64,000 nucleotides of DNA, from positions 2,080,001 to 2,144,000 of the forward strand of contig CBDESU010000001.1 of NCBI GenBank assembly GCA_965242695.1, given 5' to 3'. Position numbers and translations under genes: made by a program. Shown here piece after piece: positions 46,956-57,256 of the stretch (the first letter of the stretch is position 1; every line of letters begins with the position of its first letter). The notes beneath the pieces were generated by a model. It searched no databases and was not told the DNA's origin. It saw only the letters and a list, made by a program, of their open reading frames with translations. Source of the DNA: Cenarchaeum sp. GTDB taxonomy: Archaea; Thermoproteota; Nitrososphaeria; Nitrososphaerales; Nitrosopumilaceae.

Positions 46956-47349
46956 CCGTCTTTTTTTGTCCACGCGGCGCAGCCGCGCGGCTCATCCCAT
47001 CGCGTCGGTTGCGTCACACGCAAATGGTGTTCCCGCGGGGTGCATATAAGGCTCGATCACAAGCGCGCTTTGCACAATGACATGCATACACCGCATGCTA
47101 TCGAGACAGAGGTATGCCTAGACATCACCGCGGCGCGGCCACAGCACAGGGCTTGACTGTGTTCGTGTTGTTTTCCTAGCACAAGGACAACTAATTCGCA
47201 GGGACATGTGGCGGTCGTGGGTAGCTCTCTAGATCGAAGTCAACTAGTGTTTGCCTTTGACAATTGAAACTACCCGGAGCCGCCGCCGTACGGAGCCGCG
47301 CGACCGCGCGCCGGCTAGGATACTGCCGCAAAAGTTACGCCGTGCTTCA

Positions 47350-48012
47350 TCACTTGTCACGATCGATCGGCCATCGGCCCGTTTTTGCACCGGCTGGCAT
47401 CGGATGCTTCTCTTCAAGCATGGACATGGCGATAGGAATGGCGTCTAGAAGTTCACGCTCTGAATTCTCCAACGTCTGGTAGAGTTGTTCTGCAAGAGAA
47501 AAATCTTCACCGGACTCTTCCATTTTGCGTATCTTTATAAGAATTATGTTGTGATCTTTTATCTCTTGAAATACATCTTGTACGTACTGCTGGTGTTCAA
47601 TTTCCAAAAAAGTTATTTCACCAGAGTTGACCAGACTATCGTAGATATCGTGGTTGAACACCCTGTTTGTGAAGTGGACCGTCTTGCCCCGCACATCTAC
47701 AGCCCGCAGATTCGAATGCTTGTTCGGATCGAGGCCGTTGAGGGCATCGGCTAGCTCCGCATATAGGCTTACCGATGCCCTCCGGCCCTTCATCGTGTCC
47801 GAGTGCAGGCGCTTTGCAAAGTACACCACGGGTGCTAGCGTGAGCGTGAACACGGTCACCACCGCTGCCAGCCTCTCGATGGTGACGCACGCAAGGGACG
47901 AAGAATCCGGGCAGTCCCAAAAGGCGACCAGCGAAGCCAGCACGACGGCCGCTGTGGCACCTGCCACAAGGTACACTGTGCGCGGGGCCATTGCCGCGTT
48001 TACGCCCACCAT
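47350..48012 (-). CDS. Hypothetical membrane protein (2 N-terminal TM, helical soluble domain), AT-richer than host
   Basis: Two hydrophobic segments; TATAAATA box ~25 nt upstream. Confidence 0.75.
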   Translation of the reverse strand: MVGVNAAMAPRTVYLVAGATAAVVLASLVAFWDCPDSSSLACVTIERLAAVVTVFTLTLAPVVYFAKRLHSDTMKGRRASVSLYAELADALNGLDPNKHSNLRAVDVRGKTVHFTNRVFNHDIYDSLVNSGEITFLEIEHQQYVQDVFQEIKDHNIILIKIRKMEESGEDFSLAEQLYQTLENSERELLDAIPIAMSMLEEKHPMPAGAKTGRWPIDRDK

Positions 48013-48279
48013 GCCGCGCCACGCCTAGATAGGTTATTTATAGTCTAACCACCTGTTTCAAGGGTACGGGGCGTAGACGCCCAGTAGTCAGGGACGGACA
48101 CCCTCGGCATCATCGGCATCCGGCGGGGCAGGGGGCGCGCAGGGCTGGGCCGCCCCGCCCCACGCGCGGTCTGATGCCCGGCCCTCCCACGGCATGCGGG
48201 GCGCCACTCCAAAGCGCAGGGATCCCGCGGCGAGGCGCCCTGCCATGCTGTTTAATAGGCCGCACCCGGCGGTCGCCCG

Positions 48280-48987
48280 GTGATCGTCTGCGGCGTCGAC
48301 GATGCCGGGCGCGGCTCAATGATCGGCCCCCTAGTCATCGCTGGGGTGGCCGTCAAGCGCGGCGGCATCGGGAGGCTCAGGGAGATCGGCGTGCGGGACT
48401 CGAAGGCGCTCACCCCGGCGCGCAGGGAAGAGCTGTACGGGCAGATAACAGAGGCGGCCGAGTGCTGGCACGCCTCGAGGATCGGCCCGTCCACCATAGA
48501 CAGGAGCGTCGCCAGGCACCGCCTCAACGCCCTAGAGGCCACCTACATGGCCAGGGTCATCTCTAGGCTCGGCGCCGGCACGGCGTACATCGACTCGTGC
48601 GACGTCAATGCCGGGCGGTTCGGCAGGACGGTCTCGTCGATGGTGCGCAGCGGCGGCGGAGGCGTAGGCTGCACCGTGCACTCGCACCACAAGGCAGACT
48701 CGCGGTTCGCGGTCGTCGCCGCCGCCTCGATAGTCGCAAAGGTCGTGCGCGACCGCGAGGTCGCAAGGATAGCGAAGAGGCACGGCGGGCGGGACGCGGT
48801 CGGCAGCGGGTACCCGTCCGACGAGCGCACGGTCAGGTTCGTCGGAAAGTGGATAGCCGAGAGCGGCGGGACCGCCCCGCCGTTTGCAAGGTCGAGCTGG
48901 AGGCCGGTCAGGGCCATGCTCATGGACGCCATGTGGGACGAGTGGTCGGGAAGGGAAGAGGCGGCCGGCCCCGCGGGGCGCGCCTAG
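48280..48987 (+). CDS. rnhB: Ribonuclease HII
   Basis: GVDDAGRG, VRDSKAL, YIDS, KAD..VAAASIVAKVVRD, GSGYPSD. Confidence 0.95.
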   Translation: MIVCGVDDAGRGSMIGPLVIAGVAVKRGGIGRLREIGVRDSKALTPARREELYGQITEAAECWHASRIGPSTIDRSVARHRLNALEATYMARVISRLGAGTAYIDSCDVNAGRFGRTVSSMVRSGGGGVGCTVHSHHKADSRFAVVAAASIVAKVVRDREVARIAKRHGGRDAVGSGYPSDERTVRFVGKWIAESGGTAPPFARSSWRPVRAMLMDAMWDEWSGREEAAGPAGRA

Positions 48988-49712
48988 GCCATCGAGGCCG
49001 CCACCATGGCGTGGTCCTTGTCGTACGGCGACAGGCCGACGCTCTCGGCTACCTCGAACCGGCCGGCGCGCAGCCTCTCGATCTCGCCTTCGATTACGCT
49101 AGCCGGCGAGCGCACGACGTCGATGCTCCTCGTCTTGACGACCATGAGCAGGCTGCCGCCGGCGCGCAGGTGCGCCCTGCAGTTGGACATGGCTATTGCG
49201 GTCTGGTCGGGCTGCGCAATGTCCGAGTAGACCGCATCGGCCTTGCCGAACACCGATGCGTATTCCGCCGGCCGGCGCGCATCGCAGACGACGGGCACGA
49301 CGTTGGGGCGCCGCGATGCGACCCTGTCGAGAAAGTCGCGGGCGACCCTGCTCGCGTGCTCTACGCCGAACACGACGCCGTCGGGGCCGACTATATCCGA
49401 GACGTGGCTTACGGTCGTCCCCGTCGAGGCGCCGAGGTACAGCACGCGCGAGCCGCGCTCGAGGGGAAACGCCCGCATGCCGCAGAGGATCGCCGCTGCC
49501 AGCTTGCTGCGGAACGGATCCCACAGGCGGTACTCGGAGCCGCCGCGCGCGATCAGCCTCTCCCTGTAGACCGAGCTGCCCGGCACCAGGTTCTCGGTCG
49601 CCAGCCGGTCGGCGCCCTCGTGCCGCACAAGGTACACGCCGCTGCGGCCGCCGGCCCTCGGGGGCGCGCCGCGGCCGCGGTCCCGCAGGGGGCGCTCGGC
49701 GGGCGCCCTCAC
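48984..49712 (-). CDS. flpA: Fibrillarin-like rRNA/tRNA 2'-O-methyltransferase
   Basis: EYRLWDPFRSKLAA, VLYLGASTGTTVSH, DIAQPDQ, PYDKDH. Confidence 0.95.
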   Translation of the reverse strand: MRAPAERPLRDRGRGAPPRAGGRSGVYLVRHEGADRLATENLVPGSSVYRERLIARGGSEYRLWDPFRSKLAAAILCGMRAFPLERGSRVLYLGASTGTTVSHVSDIVGPDGVVFGVEHASRVARDFLDRVASRRPNVVPVVCDARRPAEYASVFGKADAVYSDIAQPDQTAIAMSNCRAHLRAGGSLLMVVKTRSIDVVRSPASVIEGEIERLRAGRFEVAESVGLSPYDKDHAMVAASMA

Positions 49713-49714
49713 GG

Positions 49715-51850
49715 CTAGAACCTCTTGCGGCGCCGGGGCTTGTCCGCGGGCGCATCCCGCCTGGGCCCGCCCCCTGCGCCCTGCCTGCCCCCGGGCCTTG
49801 CCCCGCGGCCGCCCCGCTGGGGCGCCCAGGGCGGCGGGGCGCCCCGGCCCCTCTTCCCCTGCGGCGCGGTGCCGCGGCGCTGCCCCTGCCCGGCAAAGCC
49901 TCTGCGGCCGTAGCCGTCGCTATCCTCGCGGCTTCCGCCGTCGTCGTCCTTGTAGTCGCGTCCCTGGCGGCGTCCGCCGTAGCCGCCCTCGCGTCCGCGG
50001 CCGCCGTAGCCGCCCTCGCGTCCGCGGCCGCCGTAGCCGCCCTCGCGTCCGCGGCCGCCGTAGCCGCCCTCGCGTCCGCGGCCGCCGTAGCCGCCCTCGC
50101 GTCCGCGGCCGCCGGCATTCCTGCCGCCGGCCCCAGCAGTTCGCCGTCCCCCAAACGGCCTGCCAAACGCCCCTGCCCGCTCGCCACGGCCCCTGCCGTC
50201 CCGGCCGCGATCAAAGTCGTCGTCTCTCCTTCCGCGTCCGCGGCCCCGGCGGTCATCGCCGCCGTCGCCCCCGCCGCCGTCGTAGTCGCGCCGGTAGCCG
50301 CCCTCGCGTCCGCGGCCGCGGCCGCGGCGGTCATCGCCGCCGTCGCCCCCGCCGCCGTCGTAGTCGCGCCGGTATCCGCCCTCGCGTCCGCGGCCGCGGC
50401 CGCGGCGGTCATCGCCGCCGTCGCCCCCGCCGCCGTCGTAGTCGCGCCGGTATCCGCCCTCGCGTCCGCGGCCGGCGCCGTACCGGCCCGCTTTCCCGGC
50501 CCCGCCGCCCCGGCCGCGATCAAAGTCGTCGTCGCGCCGCCGCCCCTTCCGCGGCGGCCCCCCCTCCTTTCGGCCGCCGTACTCGCCCCGAGGCCTGCGC
50601 TGCCCGTGCCTCTCCTTGGGCGGAGGGCGCCGCTTTTGCCGCCGCGGCTCGTCGTCCGCGCGATCCCCGCCGTCCCGGCCGCCGCCGTCCCGGCCGCCGT
50701 CCTCCCGGGGCTCGCGCGGCTCGGGCGGCTCGGCGTACTTTCTGCCGATCTCGTCGACCCGCACGTTGAGCTTTTCGAGCAGCGACTCGTTGAGGGTCGG
50801 CTCGTGCAGGTCGACGCGCGCCGCTATCGCCGCCTTTGCGGCCACCGCCCGGGCGACCTTGCCGCGCTGCCACCGCGGGGCGGCGTGCACGAGCGGGTGC
50901 TGGAACAGCAGGCCGTGCTTTGGCGGGCTCGACCCCGCCTTGAGGGACCTGAACAGGGCCTTTTCGGCGCCGAGGAGCTGTATCGTGCTCGCCGGCATCA
51001 TCGCAAGCCGCCTGAGGCTGCCGGCCCTTGCCATTATACGCGCGCCGACGGACGCGCCGAGTATGGCGGCAAGGTTCGGCGCGGCCCTGGCCATCTGCCC
51101 CTCCAGCCTCGCCTCGATGCGCCCGCGCAGCTCGTGCAGGGCGCCGACCTGGCGGGCAAGCCCCTGCACCGCCTCTAGGTCCTCGTCGGTAATGTCGCCG
51201 CCCCGGCTGCCCCCGGCCGCGGCCGCGAGCATCTGCGCCCTCGCATCGTCGAACCCGGCCGCCTCAAAGTCCTTTTCGCCCAGGCCGCCGCGCCGGCCGG
51301 CCAGCACGACCCTTGCGTACCCGGCGACCCCGTCGACGAGGTTGCCGAGCTCGGGAAAGTGCAGGCCGTACCACTCGCGCATGCGCAGGTCTAGGAGGTT
51401 TGCCATCTTGTCGACGTCGTCGAGCGACCGCACGGCCTGTATGATGTGCATGTCGGCGCTGCCCGAGGCCTCGGCGACCTTGGAGGAGGACAGCGCCAGT
51501 GCAAAGTCGCGCAGGCGCGACATCGCATCCGCGTGGTCCGAGGCGAGCCCCGACTCTACGAGCACGGCCGGCTTTGAGGCCTGCACGGCCTCGGCATCGC
51601 CGGCGTCCATCGCGCGGCACTCGATCGAGGCGGCCTCCCTCAGGGCTGCGAGCAGCCCCGCGTCGCTGACGGCCGCCGTCGCGCCGGGCCCCAGCCCCGA
51701 CAGGTACTCGGCCAGGTCGTCCAGGCCGTCTGCCGCGCCCTCCTTGGCCGCCAGGTATCCGGCGGCGGGCTCCTTGAACGGGAACGACCTGGCATGCGAA
51801 GAGCCGTCGTACACCGCTATGCCGAGCTCGGTGAGAATTACCCTGTGCAT
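49715..51850 (-). CDS. nop5: C/D box RNP protein Nop5 (Nop56/58) with very long RG/RGG-rich repeat tail
   Basis: [55 protein letters not shown]; upstream of fibrillarin. Confidence 0.95.
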   Translation of the reverse strand: MHRVILTELGIAVYDGSSHARSFPFKEPAAGYLAAKEGAADGLDDLAEYLSGLGPGATAAVSDAGLLAALREAASIECRAMDAGDAEAVQASKPAVLVESGLASDHADAMSRLRDFALALSSSKVAEASGSADMHIIQAVRSLDDVDKMANLLDLRMREWYGLHFPELGNLVDGVAGYARVVLAGRRGGLGEKDFEAAGFDDARAQMLAAAAGGSRGGDITDEDLEAVQGLARQVGALHELRGRIEARLEGQMARAAPNLAAILGASVGARIMARAGSLRRLAMMPASTIQLLGAEKALFRSLKAGSSPPKHGLLFQHPLVHAAPRWQRGKVARAVAAKAAIAARVDLHEPTLNESLLEKLNVRVDEIGRKYAEPPEPREPREDGGRDGGGRDGGDRADDEPRRQKRRPPPKERHGQRRPRGEYGGRKEGGPPRKGRRRDDDFDRGRGGGAGKAGRYGAGRGREGGYRRDYDGGGGDGGDDRRGRGRGREGGYRRDYDGGGGDGGDDRRGRGRGREGGYRRDYDGGGGDGGDDRRGRGRGRRDDDFDRGRDGRGRGERAGAFGRPFGGRRTAGAGGRNAGGRGREGGYGGRGREGGYGGRGREGGYGGRGREGGYGGRGREGGYGGRRQGRDYKDDDGGSREDSDGYGRRGFAGQGQRRGTAPQGKRGRGAPPPWAPQRGGRGARPGGRQGAGGGPRRDAPADKPRRRKRF
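49974..50472. repeat. Coding tandem repeats in nop5: 27-bp x5 (GGRGREGGY) and 78-bp x3 ([26 protein letters not shown])
   Basis: Directly visible in DNA and translation. Confidence 0.93.
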
Positions 51851-51969
51851 GGCAGGGCGCGCGGGGCGGCCGTTAAAAGTCTATGAAGCGAGCGCGCACC
51901 GCGGCGATCCTGGGCGGGGGATGCATGCCTAGGCGCGCCCGCCGCGCAGTATTCTAGGGATGGGAGCCG

Positions 51970-52424
51970 GGGCGTCTTTTAGCCGCAAGGCCAATTGGCG
52001 CGACACGCTGCCCCAGGGTCCACCGCAAGGGCTGCCCTACATGCGCCTCAGGGCTTGGCCGCGGGGGCCTTCCCAATCTATTGTGAGCATGGTGCCCGCC
52101 CCGGCTCCCGACATGCGTGGATGGCCCCCTCTAATAAGATGCGCGGAACCGCGGCCCGGGCAGCCGCGCCTGGGCCATGGCCCCCATCGTGGTCATGACG
52201 CGGCACCGTACACAGGGGCCGCGCCCCGGGCGGCGGCCCGCCGCAGCGCCGCTTCGCGCAGGGCAGAGGGCGCATGACGGGCCGCCGCGGCGGGCGGGCG
52301 GCGATAGAGCAGGGGCCCGGGCGTTTCTCGGCCGCGGCCGATTGGCGCGACACGCCGCCCCGAGGCCGGCCAGCGGCCGCCCCACATGCGCCTCTGGGCT
52401 TGGCCGCGGGGGCCTTCCCAACCT
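51970..52424. repeat. Diverged ~105-110-bp direct repeat in a divergent intergenic region (51970-52079, 52319-52424)
   Basis: Shared attggcgcgacacgc and acatgcgcctc-gggcttggccgcgggggccttcccaa. Confidence 0.85.
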
Positions 52425-52672
52425 GCTGCGGCGGCGCGCCCGCCGGGGCCCCGCGCGGCGGGGCGGCCCGTCCCAACAGGATGCGCGCGTCCGCATGCGG
52501 GCGGCAGGGCGGCCCCGGGCGCGGATCGTCGAGAGCCGGAGGGCGGAGGGGCTCGCAGGGGAGCCTGGCGCGGCGCGGGCGGGGGATTGCCCCGCGCCCG
52601 GGCCGGCCGTGCGGGGCATGCGCGCGCGGCGCGGCCCCAACCGTTTAATGTCGGGCGGGGCTGGGCGGCCCC

Positions 52673-53686
52673 GTGAAGATAGCCGTCATGGGCATGGGCG
52701 TGGCCGGCTCGTACCTCATGGCCCGCCTGCAGGGGACGGGCCACGAGGCCGTCGGGTACGAGCTGTCGCCCAGGGAGAGGCACGACTCGATCTGCGCGTG
52801 GGGCACCATACGCCCCGTCCTCGAGCAGTTCTGCGAAAAGGTCGGCAGGGACTTTGGCGAGTACGTCATCCACGACGGGAAAAAGATGCACGTCCGCATG
52901 AGCGGCGGCTCTGCATTCGACATTACGCTAAAGGGGCTGTGCACGTACGACAAGCTCGGCCTGATAAAGGAGTTCATCAGGGGCTGCGACGTCAGGTACG
53001 GCAGGCCGCCGCCCAAGGCCGACCTGGAGAAAGAGTACGACATGGTCGTCGACTGCACTGGGTTCCACAGGGCGTACCTGCCGAAGCTCAAGGACGACTT
53101 TTTCCTCCCCACGTACGAGCACAAGGTAGAGTACGACGGCGGCGTCCCGTACGACGACTTTTACATCGAGCCGTTCAAGGGCATGACCGGCTACTTTTGG
53201 TACTTTCCGCTCGGCGAGAAGTGGGCCCACGTCGGCGCCGGCGACTACGGCAAGAACCACATACGGGCGACCGACGAGTTCCTCGCAAGGCACGGCGGGC
53301 GCATCCTGGCGACCAAGGGGCGCCCCATACGCCTGGCCACCCCCGACAGGTGCAGGCCGTACCGCGACGGCAAGGTCGTCGGCGTCGGCGAGTCTATAGG
53401 CACGGTGTACGCGCTGCTCGGCGAGGGGATCATCCCGTCGATGCAGTGCGCCGATCTGTTCCTGGGCAACATGGAGGACCTGCGGGCGTACGAGAGGGCC
53501 GTCGAGGACCACTACAGCGTGTACGCAAAGGTGTTCCGGTTCGTCAGGTCAAAGATACGCCGCGAGTACAGCATGGCAAGGGCCCTGCCCGACTTTATCT
53601 CGATATTCAGGTACATGAAGAGGAACGAGGACAGGTTCGGCATGCGCATCAGGATGTCCGACCTGATAAAGGTCGCAAGGGCGTGA
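52673..53686 (+). CDS. FAD-dependent oxidoreductase, geranylgeranyl reductase family
   Basis: KIAVMGMGVAG, ICAWG, VVDCTG, GYFWYFP, VGESIG..GEGI. Confidence 0.85.
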   Translation: MKIAVMGMGVAGSYLMARLQGTGHEAVGYELSPRERHDSICAWGTIRPVLEQFCEKVGRDFGEYVIHDGKKMHVRMSGGSAFDITLKGLCTYDKLGLIKEFIRGCDVRYGRPPPKADLEKEYDMVVDCTGFHRAYLPKLKDDFFLPTYEHKVEYDGGVPYDDFYIEPFKGMTGYFWYFPLGEKWAHVGAGDYGKNHIRATDEFLARHGGRILATKGRPIRLATPDRCRPYRDGKVVGVGESIGTVYALLGEGIIPSMQCADLFLGNMEDLRAYERAVEDHYSVYAKVFRFVRSKIRREYSMARALPDFISIFRYMKRNEDRFGMRIRMSDLIKVARA

Positions 53687-53716
53687 GGGCCCGGCGGGGC
53701 CGAGCAGTAGGCGGCC

Positions 53717-53888
53717 GAAGCCGCGCCAGGGCCGCGTTCCGTCGTTGCGAGGATCAGACCCCGCACACCGCCCGCCCTCACATATGTCAGCAGTATGATG
53801 CATGCAAATGGCGCTTTGACGTGCATTGCGATCCCCACACAGGCGTGGAGGGTCTGAAGCCGCGCCAGGGCCGCGTTCCGCCGTTGCG
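53717..53888. repeat. 33-bp direct repeat, spacing 139 bp
   Basis: gaagccgcgccagggccgcgttccgYcgttgcg at 53717 and 53856. Confidence 0.85.
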
Positions 53889-53999
53889 CGGCCGCATCCC
53901 GGGCGCAAAGGGCCTCATTCCGCCGCCCAAAGCCCGCGCACTGGCTGGTCGCCATGCATGGCGGGCCAGCCCTGCCCGCCGGATCGCGCGCGAACGCCC

Positions 54000-55496
54000 C
54001 TACAGGCCTCTTTCCGATCCGCGCCGCACAAGCCGGACAGTGTCGTGGAATTTTTTGAACATGCGCGCCTTTTCCGTGTGTATGGGTATGACCGACTTTG
54101 GGTGTGCCTCCTTGACGATCCTTACGATCTGATCGCCCGTACCGTGCCCCGACACGTGCGAGTGCGTCGCCCATCCATCCTTGCCCCCTCCAAGCCCAAA
54201 GTGGTCAAGCCATCTCTTGACGCGCCTGTGGTCCATCTCCATCTCGTCGCTGAACGGCTCGGTCTGCGACCGTATGTACGTCGAGGCGCCTTTCTCGGGC
54301 CTCACGTCGATCAGGCTCGACAGCCCAAAGTCCGAGCAGTACATGACGCACTCGCGCTGGTGCTCCCGCACGTAGTCGGCCCCGGCCGCATTCTTCATGT
54401 CGATCAGCTCGCGCTCCCACATTGCATAGTCTTCGTCGACGAGCTTCTTGGGCCACTCGTCCGACTGCCTCCCGTACAGTCCCCACGACTTGCGCGGGAC
54501 GAATATGCGGATGCGCCTGTCGTCGTGCGCCGGATAGTCCCTGATGCCCGCCTCCCTGAACAGCCGCAGGAGGTACGCCTGCTTGAGGTCGATGACCATG
54601 TCGCGCCCCGCCTTTTTCGCCGCGTTGTAGATCGACAGAAACCTATCCAGGTCGCGCACGGGATACGAGCAGACCGCCAGGGCGCCGGCCTTGGCCACTG
54701 CCGCGCCGACGTCCCTCTCCACATCCGCCTCTGTCTTCGACGGTTTTGCTACGTCCAGGCGCGTGCCCTCGCAGAGCATCGCGTCGACCTTTTCGGCGGC
54801 GCACCGCTCGACGAACCGCTCGGTGTCCTTCCCCCGCCTGCCATGGTACCGAATGTCGGCAGTGTACGCGATCGTCCCGCCCGACGCGTATATGATGAAC
54901 GCGCACGTGCCAGGCAGCGAGTGGTCGATCGGGACGGCCTCGACCTCGATCGAGTCGATCTTGAGTGGCCGCTGCTTCGGCTTGATCACCCTTATGTCGC
55001 GGTCCCGCTCCTCTCGGTTCTTTGCGCTCGTCGCGCGGCTCATCCCGCCCTTCGTGTTCTTGTACGTCTTAAAGGCCTCCTTGTACCGCAGGTACTCTTC
55101 CGAGCCGCCCGTGTCCTGGAAGCACTTCATGATGAGTCGGCTCTCCTCGGTGCAGTGCACCGGTATATCCGGCCGCAGGTAGTGTATGTACGAGCAGTGG
55201 TCGACGTGGGCGTGGCTGAGCAGGACGGCATTGACCGAGTTGTCCTCGTCGTCGCCGTACCCCGTGTGCCTTGCATAGTCCCTGCGGTATATCCCCCTCA
55301 TCTTCGGCAGTAGCCCGAACTCTATCAGGTCCCCCATCCCGCTGAGGGTGCGAGGCTTGAGGAACTCGGCAAAGTACGAGTTGACGCGGCCCATGGGCAT
55401 GCCAAAGTCGAGGAACACCCTCGTCCCCTTGTCCTCGAGGAGTATCTGGTTGCCGCCGATCTCGTTGACTCCCGAGTAGAACTTTAGGGTCGTCAT
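54000..55496 (-). CDS. MBL-fold beta-CASP nuclease (RNase J-like)
   Basis: GVNEIGGN, LDFG, SHAHVDH, DHSLPG, YTADIR, CEGT, HVSGH, PIHTE. Confidence 0.88.
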   Translation of the reverse strand: MTTLKFYSGVNEIGGNQILLEDKGTRVFLDFGMPMGRVNSYFAEFLKPRTLSGMGDLIEFGLLPKMRGIYRRDYARHTGYGDDEDNSVNAVLLSHAHVDHCSYIHYLRPDIPVHCTEESRLIMKCFQDTGGSEEYLRYKEAFKTYKNTKGGMSRATSAKNREERDRDIRVIKPKQRPLKIDSIEVEAVPIDHSLPGTCAFIIYASGGTIAYTADIRYHGRRGKDTERFVERCAAEKVDAMLCEGTRLDVAKPSKTEADVERDVGAAVAKAGALAVCSYPVRDLDRFLSIYNAAKKAGRDMVIDLKQAYLLRLFREAGIRDYPAHDDRRIRIFVPRKSWGLYGRQSDEWPKKLVDEDYAMWERELIDMKNAAGADYVREHQRECVMYCSDFGLSSLIDVRPEKGASTYIRSQTEPFSDEMEMDHRRVKRWLDHFGLGGGKDGWATHSHVSGHGTGDQIVRIVKEAHPKSVIPIHTEKARMFKKFHDTVRLVRRGSERGL

Positions 55497-55554
55497 GCGC
55501 CCCTGCGCGGCCCGCCTAGTACAAAAGCGTGGCGCGCGCGGCCCCCGCCCCCGC

Positions 55555-56064
55555 CTAGCCCGGCCTTGCCGAGTCGGAGCGCCCGATCAGCTCCCCGACG
55601 GCCGGCTCGTACGAGGCGGCGGACTCGGCCGCCTCGGCGACGGCATCGGCCGCCAGGTGCCCCGCCTCGTCGATCGCCGAGGCGACGACCGTCGTCTCGC
55701 GTATGTACGTGTTGTACTGCCGCAGGGCCTCGACGTACGCCTCGTAGCTCTCGACCCACTCGTCGGGCGGGTCGGCGCCTATCGTGTCGATTATGAGCTG
55801 CCTGACCTGCCCGGACGAGACCTCGGCCATCTCTGCGTACTCGGCCGCCTCGATCTCGCCGGCCAGCAGCGCCTCGTACCCCACGTCCAGGTCGGCCATG
55901 ATCGTAGCGTGGATGTTCTTGACCCCGTCCAGGTGCACCGCATGGTCGGACACGACAAACGATGCGCCCATGTACCCCTGCGGGACGAGCCACACGGCAA
56001 AGCTCGCGGCCGTCACGGCCACGAGTATGCCCGCCGTTATCGCAATCCCCCTGCGCGATCCCAT
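55555..56064 (-). CDS. Conserved hypothetical membrane-anchored protein
   Basis: RRGIAITAGILVAVTAASFAVWLVPQ TM followed by an acidic helical domain. Confidence 0.75.
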   Translation of the reverse strand: MGSRRGIAITAGILVAVTAASFAVWLVPQGYMGASFVVSDHAVHLDGVKNIHATIMADLDVGYEALLAGEIEAAEYAEMAEVSSGQVRQLIIDTIGADPPDEWVESYEAYVEALRQYNTYIRETTVVASAIDEAGHLAADAVAEAAESAASYEPAVGELIGRSDSARPG

Positions 56065-56612
56065 GCGGCGGGGCGGCGGGGCGGCATAATGTAAAGCTGC
56101 CGCGGCCTGCGCCTGCGGACATCGTCACTGCGCCCGCGCCCGCAGCCGCCCGCCAGCAGGTCGCGGCAGAAGGCGCACGGCAAGAACCGGCCGGGGTGGC
56201 CGGCGCCCCGCGCGCGGCTCGGCGGGAGAGGCGGCGCTGCCCAGGCCGCCGGTCGAGCCCGCGTCCGGTCAGGCGTGCCACAGGCGGCCGGCAGGGCGGC
56301 CGGCGCAGGCGCCCCGCGCGGGGCGGACGCGGCTGCCTGCGGCCACGATCGCAGGCGGCGGGGGCGGGGGCGGGGCGGTCGGCGCAGGGGCAGGACAGCC
56401 GCGCCTGCGGCTCCTGCGGCGCCTGCGGCCGCCGCGCCGGCCAGCCTATGAACGCCCAGAGACAGGCGCAAAGGCCGGTCAAAAACTCCCCCGGAGCGCC
56501 TCCGGAGCGCCTCCCCGGCCTCCTCCACGCCTAGCGGGTCTATCTTTTGCCCCCGGCGGGTCAAAAAAAATTTACCTGCGCCTTCTAAATACCCGCCCGC
56601 GCGCCTAGGCGC

Positions 56613-56759
56613 ATGGTGGAAGCTTACTGCGTAAAGTGCAGGGAAAAGCAAGAGATGCAAAAGCCAAAGCAGACAAAGCTCAAGAACGGGCGCGATGCCG
56701 TAAAGGGCGTGTGCGGCGTGTGCAAGACGAACCTCTTCCGCATGGGCAAGATGACCTGA
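56613..56759 (+). CDS. Small Zn-ribbon protein (DUF5679-like), 48 aa, not in the ORF track
   Basis: MVEAYCVKCREKQEMQKPKQTKLKNGRDAVKGVCGVCKTNLFRMGKMT; TAAATA box upstream. Confidence 0.85.
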   Translation: MVEAYCVKCREKQEMQKPKQTKLKNGRDAVKGVCGVCKTNLFRMGKMT

Positions 56760-56833
56760 GCGGAGCGCGTTCGCTAAGCGGGGCGCAGGCCCCTTTTTTA
56801 AAACTGATATACCCGCGTCCCCGCGCCCCGGCC

Positions 56834-57256
56834 GTGTCCAGGGCCGAGTACGAGGGGCTGCTCAAGCGCATAGAGGATGGCCTGTCCAAGGAGGGCGAGC
56901 AGGCCAAGAGCCGCCTCGAGCTGCCCGTGGTCGACGTCATGTGGGAGGGGCAGAAGACGTACCTGCGCAACTTTGCCGAGTTCCCAAAGGCGTTCCGGCG
57001 CGACCCCGACAAGGTCCTCCAGTACCTGTCAAAGGAGTTTGCGGTGCCGGCCGAGCGCATAGGCGACAAGGCCATGTTCATAGGCAGGCGCGACCCCGAC
57101 GACTTTACGCGCCTGCTGCGCATATACGTAAAGGACTACCTAGAGTGCCCCACGTGTACTAGCCCCGACACGAAGATCGTAAAGGAGAACCGCATCTCGT
57201 TCCTCGTGTGCGAGGCGTGCGGCGCAAAGGCGACCCTCAAGGGCAAGTACGCATGA
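56834..57256 (+). CDS. eif2b: Translation initiation factor aIF2 beta
   Basis: YEGLLKR, RLELP, NFAEF..RRDP, CPTCTSPDT..CEACGA; GTG start. Confidence 0.93.
   Translation: MSRAEYEGLLKRIEDGLSKEGEQAKSRLELPVVDVMWEGQKTYLRNFAEFPKAFRRDPDKVLQYLSKEFAVPAERIGDKAMFIGRRDPDDFTRLLRIYVKDYLECPTCTSPDTKIVKENRISFLVCEACGAKATLKGKYA

Larger units (their letters stand above)
46034..46961. repeat. Diverged ~380-395-bp direct repeat (46034-46412 and 46567-46961)
   Basis: Shared anchors cggctaagccg, ggcccggaaatt, cccgctcctgc, cccaaggcgtgcgcgc, cgtcaagtatatt; 73-nt identical block. Confidence 0.9.

Noticed and set aside
49715-51850. Nop-domain protein with nearby repeats as a TIGR-Tas or IS110-like RNA-guided system
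   Set aside because: Full-length Nop5 in an operon with fibrillarin; the repeats are in-frame coding repeats without variable spacers or box C/D motifs; no RuvC/HNH domain
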